Source of the DNA: an uncultured bacterium
Lineage (GTDB): Bacteria > Eisenbacteria > RBG-16-71-46
Assembly: GCA_964655175.1 (NCBI GenBank)
Contig: CAZZLY010000001.1
Span: 5,006-69,005, forward strand
Direction of reading: 5' to 3'
Length of the DNA stretch: 64,000 bases
In this document: positions 12,301 to 21,024 of the stretch, one piece after another
Layout of the letters: each line of letters opens with the position of its first letter
Numbering within the stretch: the first letter of the stretch is position 1
Translations under genes and position numbers: made by a program
The notes under the pieces: generated by a model
The model's database searches: none
Told to the model about the DNA's origin: nothing
The model's input: the letters and a program-made list of their open reading frames with translations, nothing else

Positions 12301-13809
12301 GTGTTCCTGGACAGCGACGCCGGCACGTTGTCGAACGGCCTCAAGATGTCGCTCATGGTCTCGGCCTCGTGCGACGTGGGCAAGTTCAACGACCCGAGCG
12401 TGCAGAGTCTGGGCGAGCGCATCTTCATGTCGCCGAACGCCGGTTGCATCGCGGTGCTCTCGGCGACCGAGCAGGCGCTGTCCTCGGACAACAGCTTCCT
12501 CAACGGTCTCATCTACGACGGCCTGTTCAATCGCGACACGCTCACCGTGGCGGGCAACCTGCTGCCCACGGTGGGGCAGTTCCACGTGCCCGTCTCGGCC
12601 GCGCTGCTCGCCGCCAAGCAGGTGCCGGCGGCGCAGTCGTCGAACAGCCAGAAGTACCAGCTCATGGGTGACCCCGCGCTGCTGCTCAATCTGCCGCGCT
12701 ATTGGGTCGATCTGCGGCTCACGGATCTGGCGGGTGCTCCGGTGACCACGCTCACGCGCGGCCAGACGCTGCGGTTCTCGGGCGAGGTGCTCGATCGTCC
12801 GGGCGGCACGCGCGTCGTCATGGACGGTGTCTCGAGCGTGCTCATCGAGGATTCGGCGCCGCAGGACCGCACCGACGGGACCTGCCAGACGCCGGTGGAT
12901 TACACGTTCAGCGCCGGCCCCATGTACCACGGCGACGTCACCGTTCGTGGCGGCACGTTCTCGGGGCGCTTCGTGGTGCCGCTCGATGCGACCACGGGCA
13001 CCGAGGCGCGCGTGCGTGCCTACGTGACCGGCCTGCCCACCGGGGTGTCCGCGGTGCAGGACGGCGTCGGTGCCGAACGCTCGGCCGTGGTGCCCGGCGC
13101 GCCGCCGGCCGACGATCTCGAGGGCCCGCGCATCACGCTGTCGTTCCTCGGGGGCTCGACCAACGTGCGACCCGGTTCGACGCTGCAGGTCGTGCTGTTC
13201 GATGAGAGCGGCATCATGACGACGGGCCACGCGTTGCAGAACTCGATCATCGTGACGCTCGACGGCAACAGCACCTCGCGCACCGACATCACGCCGAGCT
13301 TCCGGTACGCCGCCGATTCGTATCAGTCGGGGACCGCCACGTTCACGTTGCCGACGCTCAGTCCGGGGCCGCACACGCTCAAGGTCTCGGCGGCCGACAA
13401 TCTCGCCACCGGGCTCGGTGCGGCGCAGCACCGCAGCGTCGCGACGCTCGATTTCCAGGTCGTGGACACGCCGCCGCTGAACGTCGCGCGGACCTATCTG
13501 TTCCCGAATCCCGTTCGCTCGGCGGGGAAGGGGGCGGGTGGCGTGTTCGTCGTCGACGCCCCGGGCGACTCGATCAACACCCTCATCCGCATCTACACGG
13601 TCGCGGGTAAGTTGGTGCGGGAACTACGCATGATGGGTGGGATCGGGCAGGTCCAGATGCCGTGGGACGGGCGCGACGCCGAGGGCGACCCGCTCGCGCA
13701 GGGCACCTACCTTTACAAGGTTCATGTCAGCGTCCGAGATGCCGATGGTAGGAGCAACCCCCGCCAGCGCGCTGCGGCGGAGGGACGCTTCGTCGTTCTC
13801 AGCCCCTAG
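9385..13809 (+). CDS. Very large secreted peptidase C25 (gingipain-family) protein, PorU-like, with a Por-secretion-tail-like C-terminal domain.
   Basis: Signal peptide MRFRRTVVATLAMLALCGAPRVGAAA. C25 catalytic His/Cys context YVGHGSP ... MVSASCDVGKF. The C-terminal ~90 aa (YLFPNPVRS...IRIYTVAGKLVRELRMMG...WDGRDAEGDPLAQGTYLYKVHV) match the CTD shared with two other proteins in this window. It is followed directly by a PorV-like barrel gene. The true start is the ATG at 9385, and the track's 9046 start is a spurious upstream extension. Confidence 0.65.
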   Translation: MRFRRTVVATLAMLALCGAPRVGAAATPTPLAGVRLAPATPGAVRFTVAVPEPRFVRVDHDLDHDDLMIDGFTTVGTPGQPALPTRVVMVAVPPVGEVRLTAVASDVRVREGVTLAPRPAEDREGHVVRVARDLAAYGAAGSPVPVAARLLDVSWLRNQRVARIELSPAAYEPAARRLGVASRLDVELAVDVLGPLGPPAEANDGFEPVYRQSLLNYAQGLAWRRPETAALLAASRRAGVRLEATQADAITVGDTTSVFAGRTWIKIAVQKSGFVAVNFSRLRNLSLFDPTIPAPLDSLRLFTWPGVTVLPEDSYCDSCAYREVAIGIVRDVSAPPSGQPNVDGPADGLFADNNDAFYFYAQGPDGWESDQDAARPDTNYTTNPYEKNNYYYLTVSRSDNPVSGLAYPVSARRIGADAATRRSVTPDGRETPVATVPGRVHLEQDLEYWPDATAVGSSLKWEKFFWRSLISGQTFTHSLDLPDADTTQPARLRLRQWGLSDNYRTLNFSCFVRIPDHVLDVSLNGLTIPRLSWFSNTAEDGGAVTIDTTATFLRRTGNQLTVTVPVLPRDPDCPNRLDRSAVAFYEVYYARRLMPEGDAITFATAPGTGRFRYDVGPFARTPSSFVFDVTDPQRPVLLTDAVRTNGPEGFTLSFADTQTVAHRYAVVPDSILTQTTAVLAASAFSDAPFTSRRNLRSTTNRADYLVIHYDGFQQAADSLVAWRRQHLPLLATPAPHAAEAIPVSAIFDQFSGGRTDPGAIRSFLRAAYGWATRPLYVTFLGDASYDYKDITGRATPGLPGCLLPTYENGFDKTFVIRRQYVTDDWIVNVNDSRVVLPDYLSGRIPADDAASALAVVTQKVLGYERRAPVGEYRNSVLFMADDNVQGGPCDATNCERGCDALAWTHVFQTDNLNVAHTPEHIDREYVYLHTYPTGPGVTKPGARADLFAKLNQGTSVFNYVGHGSPFKMTDEGVFLDSDAGTLSNGLKMSLMVSASCDVGKFNDPSVQSLGERIFMSPNAGCIAVLSATEQALSSDNSFLNGLIYDGLFNRDTLTVAGNLLPTVGQFHVPVSAALLAAKQVPAAQSSNSQKYQLMGDPALLLNLPRYWVDLRLTDLAGAPVTTLTRGQTLRFSGEVLDRPGGTRVVMDGVSSVLIEDSAPQDRTDGTCQTPVDYTFSAGPMYHGDVTVRGGTFSGRFVVPLDATTGTEARVRAYVTGLPTGVSAVQDGVGAERSAVVPGAPPADDLEGPRITLSFLGGSTNVRPGSTLQVVLFDESGIMTTGHALQNSIIVTLDGNSTSRTDITPSFRYAADSYQSGTATFTLPTLSPGPHTLKVSAADNLATGLGAAQHRSVATLDFQVVDTPPLNVARTYLFPNPVRSAGKGAGGVFVVDAPGDSINTLIRIYTVAGKLVRELRMMGGIGQVQMPWDGRDAEGDPLAQGTYLYKVHVSVRDADGRSNPRQRAAAEGRFVVLSP

Positions 13810-13824
13810 TCCCGGGTCGGGGTG

Positions 13825-13849
13825 CCGGGTCCCATGATTCGGGAACCGG
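13825..13849 (+). terminator. Imperfect hairpin between the C25 peptidase gene and the PorV-like gene.
   Basis: ccgggtccc-atgattc-gggaaccgg pairs at 8 of 9 positions. A small gcgtttgcgg hairpin follows. It may be a partial terminator or an RNA processing site that allows differential expression of the two genes. Confidence 0.25.
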
Positions 13850-13928
13850 GCCCGCGTTTGCGGTGTAGCACCCCTTGTCCGGTACCATGCCCGCGAGTCC
13901 CGCGGTCCCCCACATAGGAGCCAAATCC

Positions 13929-14879
13929 ATGCGTTCGTCCAGCACCATCCTCCTGGGCATCGCCCTCGGCCTGACGTTGGCCACGACGGCCTTCGCGCAG
14001 GGCACGGGCCGTTCGCTCGACATCCAGCCGGGTGGTCGTCAGAACGGTATGGGTGCGACCGGTGTCGCCATCGCCGATGACGCCACGGGCGTGACCTGGT
14101 GGAACCCCGCCGGTCTCGGCTTCGTGAACAAGTCGGCCATCGACCTGACGTACGCGCAGCTCGTGCCGGGCCTGGCGAACGACGTCAACTACAACTACCT
14201 CACGTACGTGCGGCCCACGTCGGGCTGGGGCGCGTTCGGCGTCGGCCTGGTGTTCCTGTCGTACGGCACGAGCGAGGGCACGGATCCGTTCGGCAACCCG
14301 ACCGGATCGTTCACCTCGAACGAGATCTCGCCGGCGCTCTATTACGGCACCAAGCTGCTGCCGGAGCTGTCGGTCGGTGCGTCGCTCAAGTACATCCGCA
14401 TCAACCTCGCGCCGCAGTCGCAGTCGGGCGTGGGCGCGACGTTCGGTCTCGACCTCGGGGCGCTCTACCGCATCCCGGCCGCGCGATTGAACCTCGGCGT
14501 GAACGTGCAGAACCTCGGGCCCAGCGTGACGTTCATCAACGAGGACCAGCGCAGCCCGCTGTCGCGCAACGTCAAGCTCGGCGCGGCGTGGGAGGCCTAT
14601 TCGAACGACGGCTTCAAGGTCCTGCTCGCCGGTGACTTCGATCAGTCGCTCGTCACCAGCGCGTTCCGTCAGGAGCACGTCGGCGTCGAACTGCGCTACA
14701 CGGACCAGATCGCCGGTCGCGTGGGCTACTACAACGATCCGCTGGGCCAGCTGCAGGGGCTGACCTACGGCATCGGTCTCGGGTATCGCGGCCTGTCGCT
14801 CGACTTCGGCAGCATCCCGCAGGCGAAGGGTTCGGGTCTCCCGAACGTCCAGAAGCTCACGCTGGGCTACCACTTCTGA
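13929..14879 (+). CDS. FadL-superfamily outer-membrane beta-barrel. It is a candidate PorV (LptO)-like shuttle protein.
   Basis: Signal peptide MRSSSTILLGIALGLTLATTAFAQG after RBS AGGAG. NGMGATGVAIADDATGVTWWNPAGLGF carries the NPAGL-type N-terminal motif of the FadL/PorV family. The C-terminus ends in aromatic ...LTLGYHF, typical of a beta-barrel. It sits immediately downstream of the C25/PorU-like gene, matching the canonical porU-porV pairing. Confidence 0.45.
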   Translation: MRSSSTILLGIALGLTLATTAFAQGTGRSLDIQPGGRQNGMGATGVAIADDATGVTWWNPAGLGFVNKSAIDLTYAQLVPGLANDVNYNYLTYVRPTSGWGAFGVGLVFLSYGTSEGTDPFGNPTGSFTSNEISPALYYGTKLLPELSVGASLKYIRINLAPQSQSGVGATFGLDLGALYRIPAARLNLGVNVQNLGPSVTFINEDQRSPLSRNVKLGAAWEAYSNDGFKVLLAGDFDQSLVTSAFRQEHVGVELRYTDQIAGRVGYYNDPLGQLQGLTYGIGLGYRGLSLDFGSIPQAKGSGLPNVQKLTLGYHF

Positions 14880-14887
14880 ACGGACAC

Positions 14888-17800
14888 GTGAAACTGCGCC
14901 ATCCAGTCGTCGCACTCGTCGTCGCGTTCGCGCTCACGGCCGCACGGGCTCCCATGGCCCGTGCGGCCGAAGCGCGTTCGCTGACCGTCCGTCCCGTGGC
15001 GCCGGCCGAGCAGGTGCTCGACCAGCAGCGCCGCGGCATCGTGCCGCGCGCCGCCGCGATGACCCCCGCCGAGCGCGCCGTCCTCCAGCAGCGGCTCGAC
15101 CGCCAGCGCGCGGCGCGGGCGATCGAGGACACGATGCACGCCAGGGCGTCGCGCGTCGGCGCCGGGATCACGGCGAACCGTCGCCGGGGCTGGCGGCCGC
15201 CGCAGGCCGCCGCGGGCAAGCCGGGCACGAGCGCGTTCGCGCCCGCCGTCGGCACCGTGGACACGATCCGCGTGGCGTTGCTGCGCATCGACTTCCTCGA
15301 GGACCGACTCGGGCCCGCCTCCAGCGGCGACGGGCGGTTCAACCTCGACCCGGCCGACACGATCGCCAACCCGGTCGATCGCCCGCCGCACAATCGCGAC
15401 TTCTATCGCGCGCACGGTGAGGCGCTGTCGCGGTACTACGACGCGCAGACCTACGGTCAGGTCCACGTGCAGGTGGACGTGTGGCCGGCGGAGCAGGACT
15501 CGGCGTACCACCTGTCCGACATGGCCGACCTGGGCCCGTGGCGATTCGGCAGCGGCATCTTCCGCGCCGCCGTGGACATGATGAAGAAGTCGTTCATGGC
15601 CGCCGACTCGCAGTCGGTGGTGCACGGTGGCCGCATCCCGTGGGACGACTACGACCGCTTCCTCATCATCCATGCGGGCAGCGACCTGCAGAGCGATCTG
15701 CGCGGCGATTCCAAGCTCGACATCCCGTCGTTCACGATGTTCGTGGACGACACCGACCGCGTCGAGTTCCCCGACAGCGTCTTCCGTCCGATCGATCGCG
15801 TCGCGTTCCTGCCCGAGACGATCAATCAGGACGACGCCTACGGCGCGATCAACGGTGTGATCGCGCACGAGTGCGGTCACAACTTCTTCGGCTTCGGTGA
15901 CGTGTACGACGTCAGCACCGCGCTGCCCACCGTGGGCTACTGGTCGCTCATGGACAGCGGCAATCTCGTGGGGGCGCGATTGCTGTCGTCCACGGGCGAG
16001 ATCTTCGTGGTCGGTCTGCTGCCACCGAGCGTCGATCCGTTCCAGCGCAACTTCGCCACGATCACGCAGTCGAGCCTGCTCAACTTCCGGGAGCCCGGAG
16101 CGGCCGACACGACCGCCTTCCCGCTGTACGGCAGCCAGCGGCACAACGATTTCGTGAAGCTCGATCTGTCCACGGACGAGTACCTGCTGCTCGAGAACCG
16201 CTACCTGTCTCCGGCCGCCGCGGTGCGTCTGCTGCGCGACAGCACCACGGACGTCGTGCTCGGGCCACGCGAACCGGACCGCTACGAGTACGACGCGCTG
16301 CTGCCCGGTTCGGGCGTGCTGGTGTGGCACGTGGACGAGAGCGTGATCCCGTTCAACACGTCGTTGCGCGTGAATCCCGACTTCGGCTTCAACACCAACC
16401 CGCGCCGCTACGGTCTGCAGATGATCGAGGCCGACGGGCTCGACGATCTGGGGGACGTGGGTTCACCGTTCCTGTTGGGCAGCGCGCTCGATCCGTACCA
16501 GGCCTCGGTCGCCACGACGCTCTCGGACGTCACGGTGCCGAACCTGCGTCCCAATCAGGGCACGCGGCCGCATCTGCGCATCGACTTCCTCGACGACGCC
16601 TCGGACACGATGCACGTGCGCGTGACGCGGACGTGGCAGCCCGCCGGCTGGCCCGTGCGCGGCAACTTCCCGCCCGGTGGCCCGCGACTGCTCGCACTCG
16701 ACCTCGATGGCGACGGCAAGCGCGAGGTGCTGTGGGCGGGGGGCGACACGGTGGTGACCGACTTCAGCCTCGCCGGCCGCAAGGTCGCCCGCGACAGCGC
16801 GGGCGTGTTCGCGGTCCGCTTCGACGGTCGCGGGCTCGCCGCCGCCGACACGTTCGATTTCGCGCACCTCGATCGCCGTCCCCGGCCGGCACTCGCGGCC
16901 TGGGTCGCGAACCCCGTCACGGGACAGGGGCCCGGGGTCGTCGTCGCGACGACGATGCGCCACGGCGCGTCGGATGCGGCGGGTGGGCGCGTGTGGGCGA
17001 TCCAGGCCGATGGCGCCGTGCGCGCGGGTTTCCCGGTCACCTTGGCCTCTCCGGCCAGCACCGCGCCGATCGTCGTGCAGCGCCCGAGCGGCATCCGCAT
17101 CCTGGTGGGTTGCGAGGACGGTCGCGTGCGCGCCCTCGATGAGAACGGCGTGCTGCGCGCCACGAGTGCCCTCGCGCTCGACGGACCCGTCACGGGTTCG
17201 CTCGCGTGCGGCGAGGATCCGACGCTGCCGGTGCCGTTCGTGGCCACGCCGCAGGGACTCGTCGCGGCGGGCGACTCGACCGGTCAGGTCGTGCTCCTGA
17301 CGCTGCCCGACCTCACCCCGGTGAGCGGTTGGCCGCGCTCGGTGGGCGGGGCGGGCTTCACGCCGGACTTCCTGTTCATGCAGAGCGGGGGGGCGGGGGC
17401 GAGCGCCGACGTGGCGTGCGGCGGGTCGCCGACGCTTTACGTGCACCACGCCGATCGCGTGTGGGCCTTCTGTCCGCCGGGGGCGACGGCCGTCGAGGGC
17501 TGGGGCCTGCCGCAGCGCGACACGCTCGTGGCCGGATTGGCCGCCGGTGACCCCGACGGCGACGGCTTCCCCGAGATCGTGGCGCAGACGCAGCATTCGC
17601 AGGTGCTGTTCCTCAATCGCACCGGACGACCCTCGCCGGGTTGGCCGCGCGCGGCGAGTGCCGATGAGTTCCGCACCTCGAGCGCACCCATCGTGGTGGA
17701 CGTGAATGGCGATGGCCGCCCCGAGATCGTGGCACTCACCGCGAGTGGCGTGCTCAACGCGATCGATGGCAACGGACGCGTGGCCGAAGGCTGGCCGCTC

Positions 17801-18304
17801 GCGACCGGTGCGGGCTGCGCGGGTTCGCTCGTCGCCACCGACCTCGAGGGTGACGGCTCGCTCGAGTTCGTCGCGCCCGATCGCTTCGGTCGGCTGTACG
17901 CGTACACCACGAGCCTGCTCGCCTCGGGCCCGACCGCGCCGTGGCTGCAGTGGGGCGGGGGCGTGGGGCGCACGTTCGACCTGCCCGCGCTCGCCACGAG
18001 CACGCCGCGCGCGCCCAGCGCCGGGCCGCTCGTGCCGGGGTCGCTCAAGGCGTACCCCAACCCCGCGCGCATGAAGCCGATCCAGTTCGCCTACCAGTTG
18101 AGCGAGGACGCCACCGTCGAGGTGCGCATCCTCGATGCGTCGGGGCACGAGGTCACGCGTTGGACGCGTGCGGGCCGTCGCGCCGACAACCTCGACCGTT
18201 GGGATCCGACCGGTGTCCCGGCCGGCCTGTACGTGGCGCATCTGCGCTTCGCGGGCCCCGGCGGGACGCGCACCGAGACCGTGCCGTTGGGCATCCTGCG
18301 ATGA
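14888..18304 (+). CDS. Secreted M6-like (immune inhibitor A type) zinc metalloprotease fused to FG-GAP repeats and a Por-secretion-tail-like C-terminal domain.
   Basis: Signal peptide MKLRHPVVALVVAFALTAARAPMARA. HExxH-type motif VIAHECGHNFFGFGDVYD, compared with the M6 HEYGHDLGLPDEYD. At least four DxDGDG..E(I/V) FG-GAP repeats with GWP motifs. C-terminus KAYPNPARMKPIQFAYQL...VEVRILDASGHEVTRW...WDPTGVPAGLYVAHLRF. GTG start lies 9 nt after the upstream stop. Confidence 0.6.
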   Translation: MKLRHPVVALVVAFALTAARAPMARAAEARSLTVRPVAPAEQVLDQQRRGIVPRAAAMTPAERAVLQQRLDRQRAARAIEDTMHARASRVGAGITANRRRGWRPPQAAAGKPGTSAFAPAVGTVDTIRVALLRIDFLEDRLGPASSGDGRFNLDPADTIANPVDRPPHNRDFYRAHGEALSRYYDAQTYGQVHVQVDVWPAEQDSAYHLSDMADLGPWRFGSGIFRAAVDMMKKSFMAADSQSVVHGGRIPWDDYDRFLIIHAGSDLQSDLRGDSKLDIPSFTMFVDDTDRVEFPDSVFRPIDRVAFLPETINQDDAYGAINGVIAHECGHNFFGFGDVYDVSTALPTVGYWSLMDSGNLVGARLLSSTGEIFVVGLLPPSVDPFQRNFATITQSSLLNFREPGAADTTAFPLYGSQRHNDFVKLDLSTDEYLLLENRYLSPAAAVRLLRDSTTDVVLGPREPDRYEYDALLPGSGVLVWHVDESVIPFNTSLRVNPDFGFNTNPRRYGLQMIEADGLDDLGDVGSPFLLGSALDPYQASVATTLSDVTVPNLRPNQGTRPHLRIDFLDDASDTMHVRVTRTWQPAGWPVRGNFPPGGPRLLALDLDGDGKREVLWAGGDTVVTDFSLAGRKVARDSAGVFAVRFDGRGLAAADTFDFAHLDRRPRPALAAWVANPVTGQGPGVVVATTMRHGASDAAGGRVWAIQADGAVRAGFPVTLASPASTAPIVVQRPSGIRILVGCEDGRVRALDENGVLRATSALALDGPVTGSLACGEDPTLPVPFVATPQGLVAAGDSTGQVVLLTLPDLTPVSGWPRSVGGAGFTPDFLFMQSGGAGASADVACGGSPTLYVHHADRVWAFCPPGATAVEGWGLPQRDTLVAGLAAGDPDGDGFPEIVAQTQHSQVLFLNRTGRPSPGWPRAASADEFRTSSAPIVVDVNGDGRPEIVALTASGVLNAIDGNGRVAEGWPLATGAGCAGSLVATDLEGDGSLEFVAPDRFGRLYAYTTSLLASGPTAPWLQWGGGVGRTFDLPALATSTPRAPSAGPLVPGSLKAYPNPARMKPIQFAYQLSEDATVEVRILDASGHEVTRWTRAGRRADNLDRWDPTGVPAGLYVAHLRFAGPGGTRTETVPLGILR

Positions 18305-19134
18305 TCGCGTTCGTCCTGACCGCGCTCGTGTCCACCGCTCCCGTCCCCGTGGAGGCGTTCTGCGTGGGCTCGACGCCCGCGCTGGCGCCGGTCACGGTGG
18401 CGGTCCCGGGGCGCGACGCCGTCGGTGCCGCGCTCGTGTCCGAACTCGCGCCGCGCATCCGTCACGGCGCCTCCCAGGTGCCCGAGGGCTGGCTGGCGCA
18501 GCGGTCGATCGAGCGCAGTTGGGGACTGTCCGACGATTCGCTCTACACCGAGGTCGTGATCCCGGACTGGAAGTCCGAGGGGACCGCGTTCGCGCTGTCG
18601 GCCGTGCTGCCCGGTGCGGGCGAGCGCTACGTCGGCGAGAACAGCGCGTGGCTGTTCCTGACCGCCGAGGTGATCGGTTGGGCCGGACGCACGCTGAGTG
18701 GTCGCCGCGCCGATGATCGCTACGCGCAGAACGTCGGCTTCGTCGGCGATCCGGCCGACACGGCGGCGGCGTGGTCGTTCGAGCGCTATCGCGACGCGGG
18801 CGGTGCGCGCGTCGCCGAACTGCAGACGCTGTGGGCGGTGGATCGGGCCTCGTTCTACCGCACGCTCGCCGACGATCCGTCGGTCGCGGGTGGTTTCACC
18901 GCGGGCAGCGCGAACGTGTTCCGCGACGCCTACGACGAGTACCAGGGCCTGCGCCGACGCTCGCGGCTGTTCGAGATCGCGCTGTGGGTCAACCATGCGG
19001 TGTCGGCCTTCGACGCGCTGCGCGCCGCGCATCTGCACAACCTGACGCTCCGTCCCGACACGCAGCTGCAGATGGGCGCCCGCCTCGTGCGCGGCCGACC
19101 CGCCCTGCGTGCCGCGCTCACGAGGAGGTTCTGA
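18301..19134 (+). CDS. Hypothetical protein, DUF5683-like. Paralog 1.
   Basis: Hydrophobic N-terminus MIAFVLTALVSTAPVPVEA. Motif SAVLPGAGERYVGEN resembles the S..PG.GQ.Y motif of DUF5683. ATG overlaps the upstream stop (ATGA). Confidence 0.4.
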   Translation: MIAFVLTALVSTAPVPVEAFCVGSTPALAPVTVAVPGRDAVGAALVSELAPRIRHGASQVPEGWLAQRSIERSWGLSDDSLYTEVVIPDWKSEGTAFALSAVLPGAGERYVGENSAWLFLTAEVIGWAGRTLSGRRADDRYAQNVGFVGDPADTAAAWSFERYRDAGGARVAELQTLWAVDRASFYRTLADDPSVAGGFTAGSANVFRDAYDEYQGLRRRSRLFEIALWVNHAVSAFDALRAAHLHNLTLRPDTQLQMGARLVRGRPALRAALTRRF

Positions 19135-19136
19135 CC

Positions 19137-20018
19137 GTGGTCCTGCCGTTCCTCGCCGCACTCGTCCTGAGCGCACCGCTCGCGCCGCCGGGCGCAGGCT
19201 CGGGCTTCACGGTCGATCCGGTCGACTCGCCCGTGGCGCTCGCGACGCCCGCGAACGTCATGGTCTCGCCGCTCTCGATCGCGTCGGGTTCGATCACCGG
19301 GTTCGGTGACGAGCGCGACACGACCCGCACGCGCAAGCTCCGCGCCCGCAAGGGGCGTCGTCCCGCCCCCGTCGTGTCCAACGAGGGTCTGGGTCCCGAG
19401 CGCGCGCGCATCCTGCTGCGCTCGCTCACCGTGCCCGGCTGGGGCCAGGCCACGCTGGGCCACAAGGGCAGTGCGCGCGTGTTCCTGATCGCCGAGGCCG
19501 GCATCTGGGGCGCGTTCACCGCCTTCAAGATCCAGCAGGCGCACCGCACCGAGGCCTATCTGCGCACCGCGCGACTGGGCGCCGGGATCGACATGTCGGG
19601 CATGGACGACGAGTACCGCCGGATCGTGGGCGCGTTCGCGAGCAGCGACGAGTACAACCTGCTCGTCGTCACGCGCGACGCGGCCAACCTGTATCTGAGC
19701 GACCCGGCCGCACCCGACCTCGAGGGTTATCGCCGCTACATCGCCGAGCACTCGATCCCCGCCGATCGCACCTGGGCGTGGCAGGACGAGGCCTCGTTCC
19801 TGCGCTACGGCGACCAGCGCAAGTTCGCCCAGAAGGCCGGGCTGCGCGCGAACGCGGCGTTGGGGCTGGCGATCGCCAACCGACTCGTGAGCGCGCTGCA
19901 CGCCGCGAGGTCCGCGGGCCGTCCGGCCGCAGCGCCCGTGCAGGGCTGGCGCTTCGAACTCGAGCCGGGCGACCTGTCGTCGGGCTCGATGCGCGCGGCG
20001 TTCACCACGAACTTCTAG
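19137..20018 (+). CDS. Hypothetical protein, DUF5683-like. Paralog 2.
   Basis: GTG start 8 nt after RBS GAGGAGG. N-terminal signal-like VVLPFLAALVLSAPLAPPGAG. Motif SLTVPGWGQATLGHK matches the DUF5683 PG(L/W)GQ signature. Its architecture is similar to the upstream gene. Confidence 0.45.
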   Translation: MVLPFLAALVLSAPLAPPGAGSGFTVDPVDSPVALATPANVMVSPLSIASGSITGFGDERDTTRTRKLRARKGRRPAPVVSNEGLGPERARILLRSLTVPGWGQATLGHKGSARVFLIAEAGIWGAFTAFKIQQAHRTEAYLRTARLGAGIDMSGMDDEYRRIVGAFASSDEYNLLVVTRDAANLYLSDPAAPDLEGYRRYIAEHSIPADRTWAWQDEASFLRYGDQRKFAQKAGLRANAALGLAIANRLVSALHAARSAGRPAAAPVQGWRFELEPGDLSSGSMRAAFTTNF

Positions 20019-20031
20019 GACGGCGAGCGGC

Positions 20032-21021
20032 ATGCGCGTCCGACTCCCGTCCCTCGCGGTGGTGCTCGGCGGGGCGTGTCTCGCGCTCGTGGGCACCGTC
20101 CACGCGCAGACCGATTCCACGCGCGTGACCGCGTGGCACCTGGTGCCGCGCGACACGCTCGTCTCGCCCCGCCTGACCGAGCCCTCGGGGCTGGCGATCG
20201 ACGCCTTCGGTCGGCTGTGGGTGAGCGACGCCGCATGGCATCGCGTCGTGCGTTTGAGCGACGACGGTGGCGCTCTGGATGAGACCGGTGCGCTCGGCAG
20301 CGCGCCGGGGCAGTTCCGACGTCCGGGCGGGCTCGCGGTCGCGGGTGCGCTCGGGGTGGCGGTGCTCGACCTCGAGAACCGTCGCGTGAGTCTGTACGAC
20401 CATCATCTGAGATTGCTCGGTGCGGCCTGCGATCTGGCCGCGCCCGCCCTCGAGGAGCGTCTCGGGCGCGTGACGCCGGTGGCGGTGGCCGCCGACCGCG
20501 GCGGGGCGCTGCACGTGGCCGACGGGGACCGCGATCGCATCCTGGTGTTCGACTTCGCGGGGACGTTCGTGCGCGAGTGGGGCGGCTTCGGATCTCGGGC
20601 GGGCGGTTTCTCGGGCCTCATGGGGATCGCCGGGGACGGTCGCGGCGGGCTCGTCACGATCGAGCGACCGCGCGCGCGATCTCGCAGGACCGACGCCGAC
20701 AGCACCGTGGGGCGCGCGCGGGTGCAGTGGCTCGAGACCGGGGGGCGCGTCGTGCGCACCGCGTGGACGCCCGTCTGGGCCGCAGGTCCCGCCGAGCAGT
20801 CGTTCGCGGTCGCGGTGGCTTCGTCGGGCCGGGTCGCGATCGTGGGCGAGCGTTCGGGGCAGTTGTGCGTGCTCGGTGCGGACGGCGAGGCGCTCGCGGG
20901 CCTTTCGGGCCTGAGCGCACCGCGTGCGGTGGTGTTCGGTGCCGACGGCACGCTGCTCGTGGCGGAAGCCGGGGCGGCGCGCATCGTGCGCTTCACGCTG
21001 CTCGCCCCCGGCGGGGAGTAG
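20032..21021 (+). CDS. Secreted NHL-repeat (six-bladed beta-propeller) protein.
   Basis: Signal peptide MRVRLPSLAVVLGGACLALVGTVHAQ. Repeated ...GLA(V/I)D..G.L.V.D... blades (PSGLAIDAFGRLWVSD; PGGLAVAGALGVAVLD; GALHVADGD; DGTLLVAEAG). Confidence 0.45.
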   Translation: MRVRLPSLAVVLGGACLALVGTVHAQTDSTRVTAWHLVPRDTLVSPRLTEPSGLAIDAFGRLWVSDAAWHRVVRLSDDGGALDETGALGSAPGQFRRPGGLAVAGALGVAVLDLENRRVSLYDHHLRLLGAACDLAAPALEERLGRVTPVAVAADRGGALHVADGDRDRILVFDFAGTFVREWGGFGSRAGGFSGLMGIAGDGRGGLVTIERPRARSRRTDADSTVGRARVQWLETGGRVVRTAWTPVWAAGPAEQSFAVAVASSGRVAIVGERSGQLCVLGADGEALAGLSGLSAPRAVVFGADGTLLVAEAGAARIVRFTLLAPGGE

Positions 21022-21024
21022 ACG

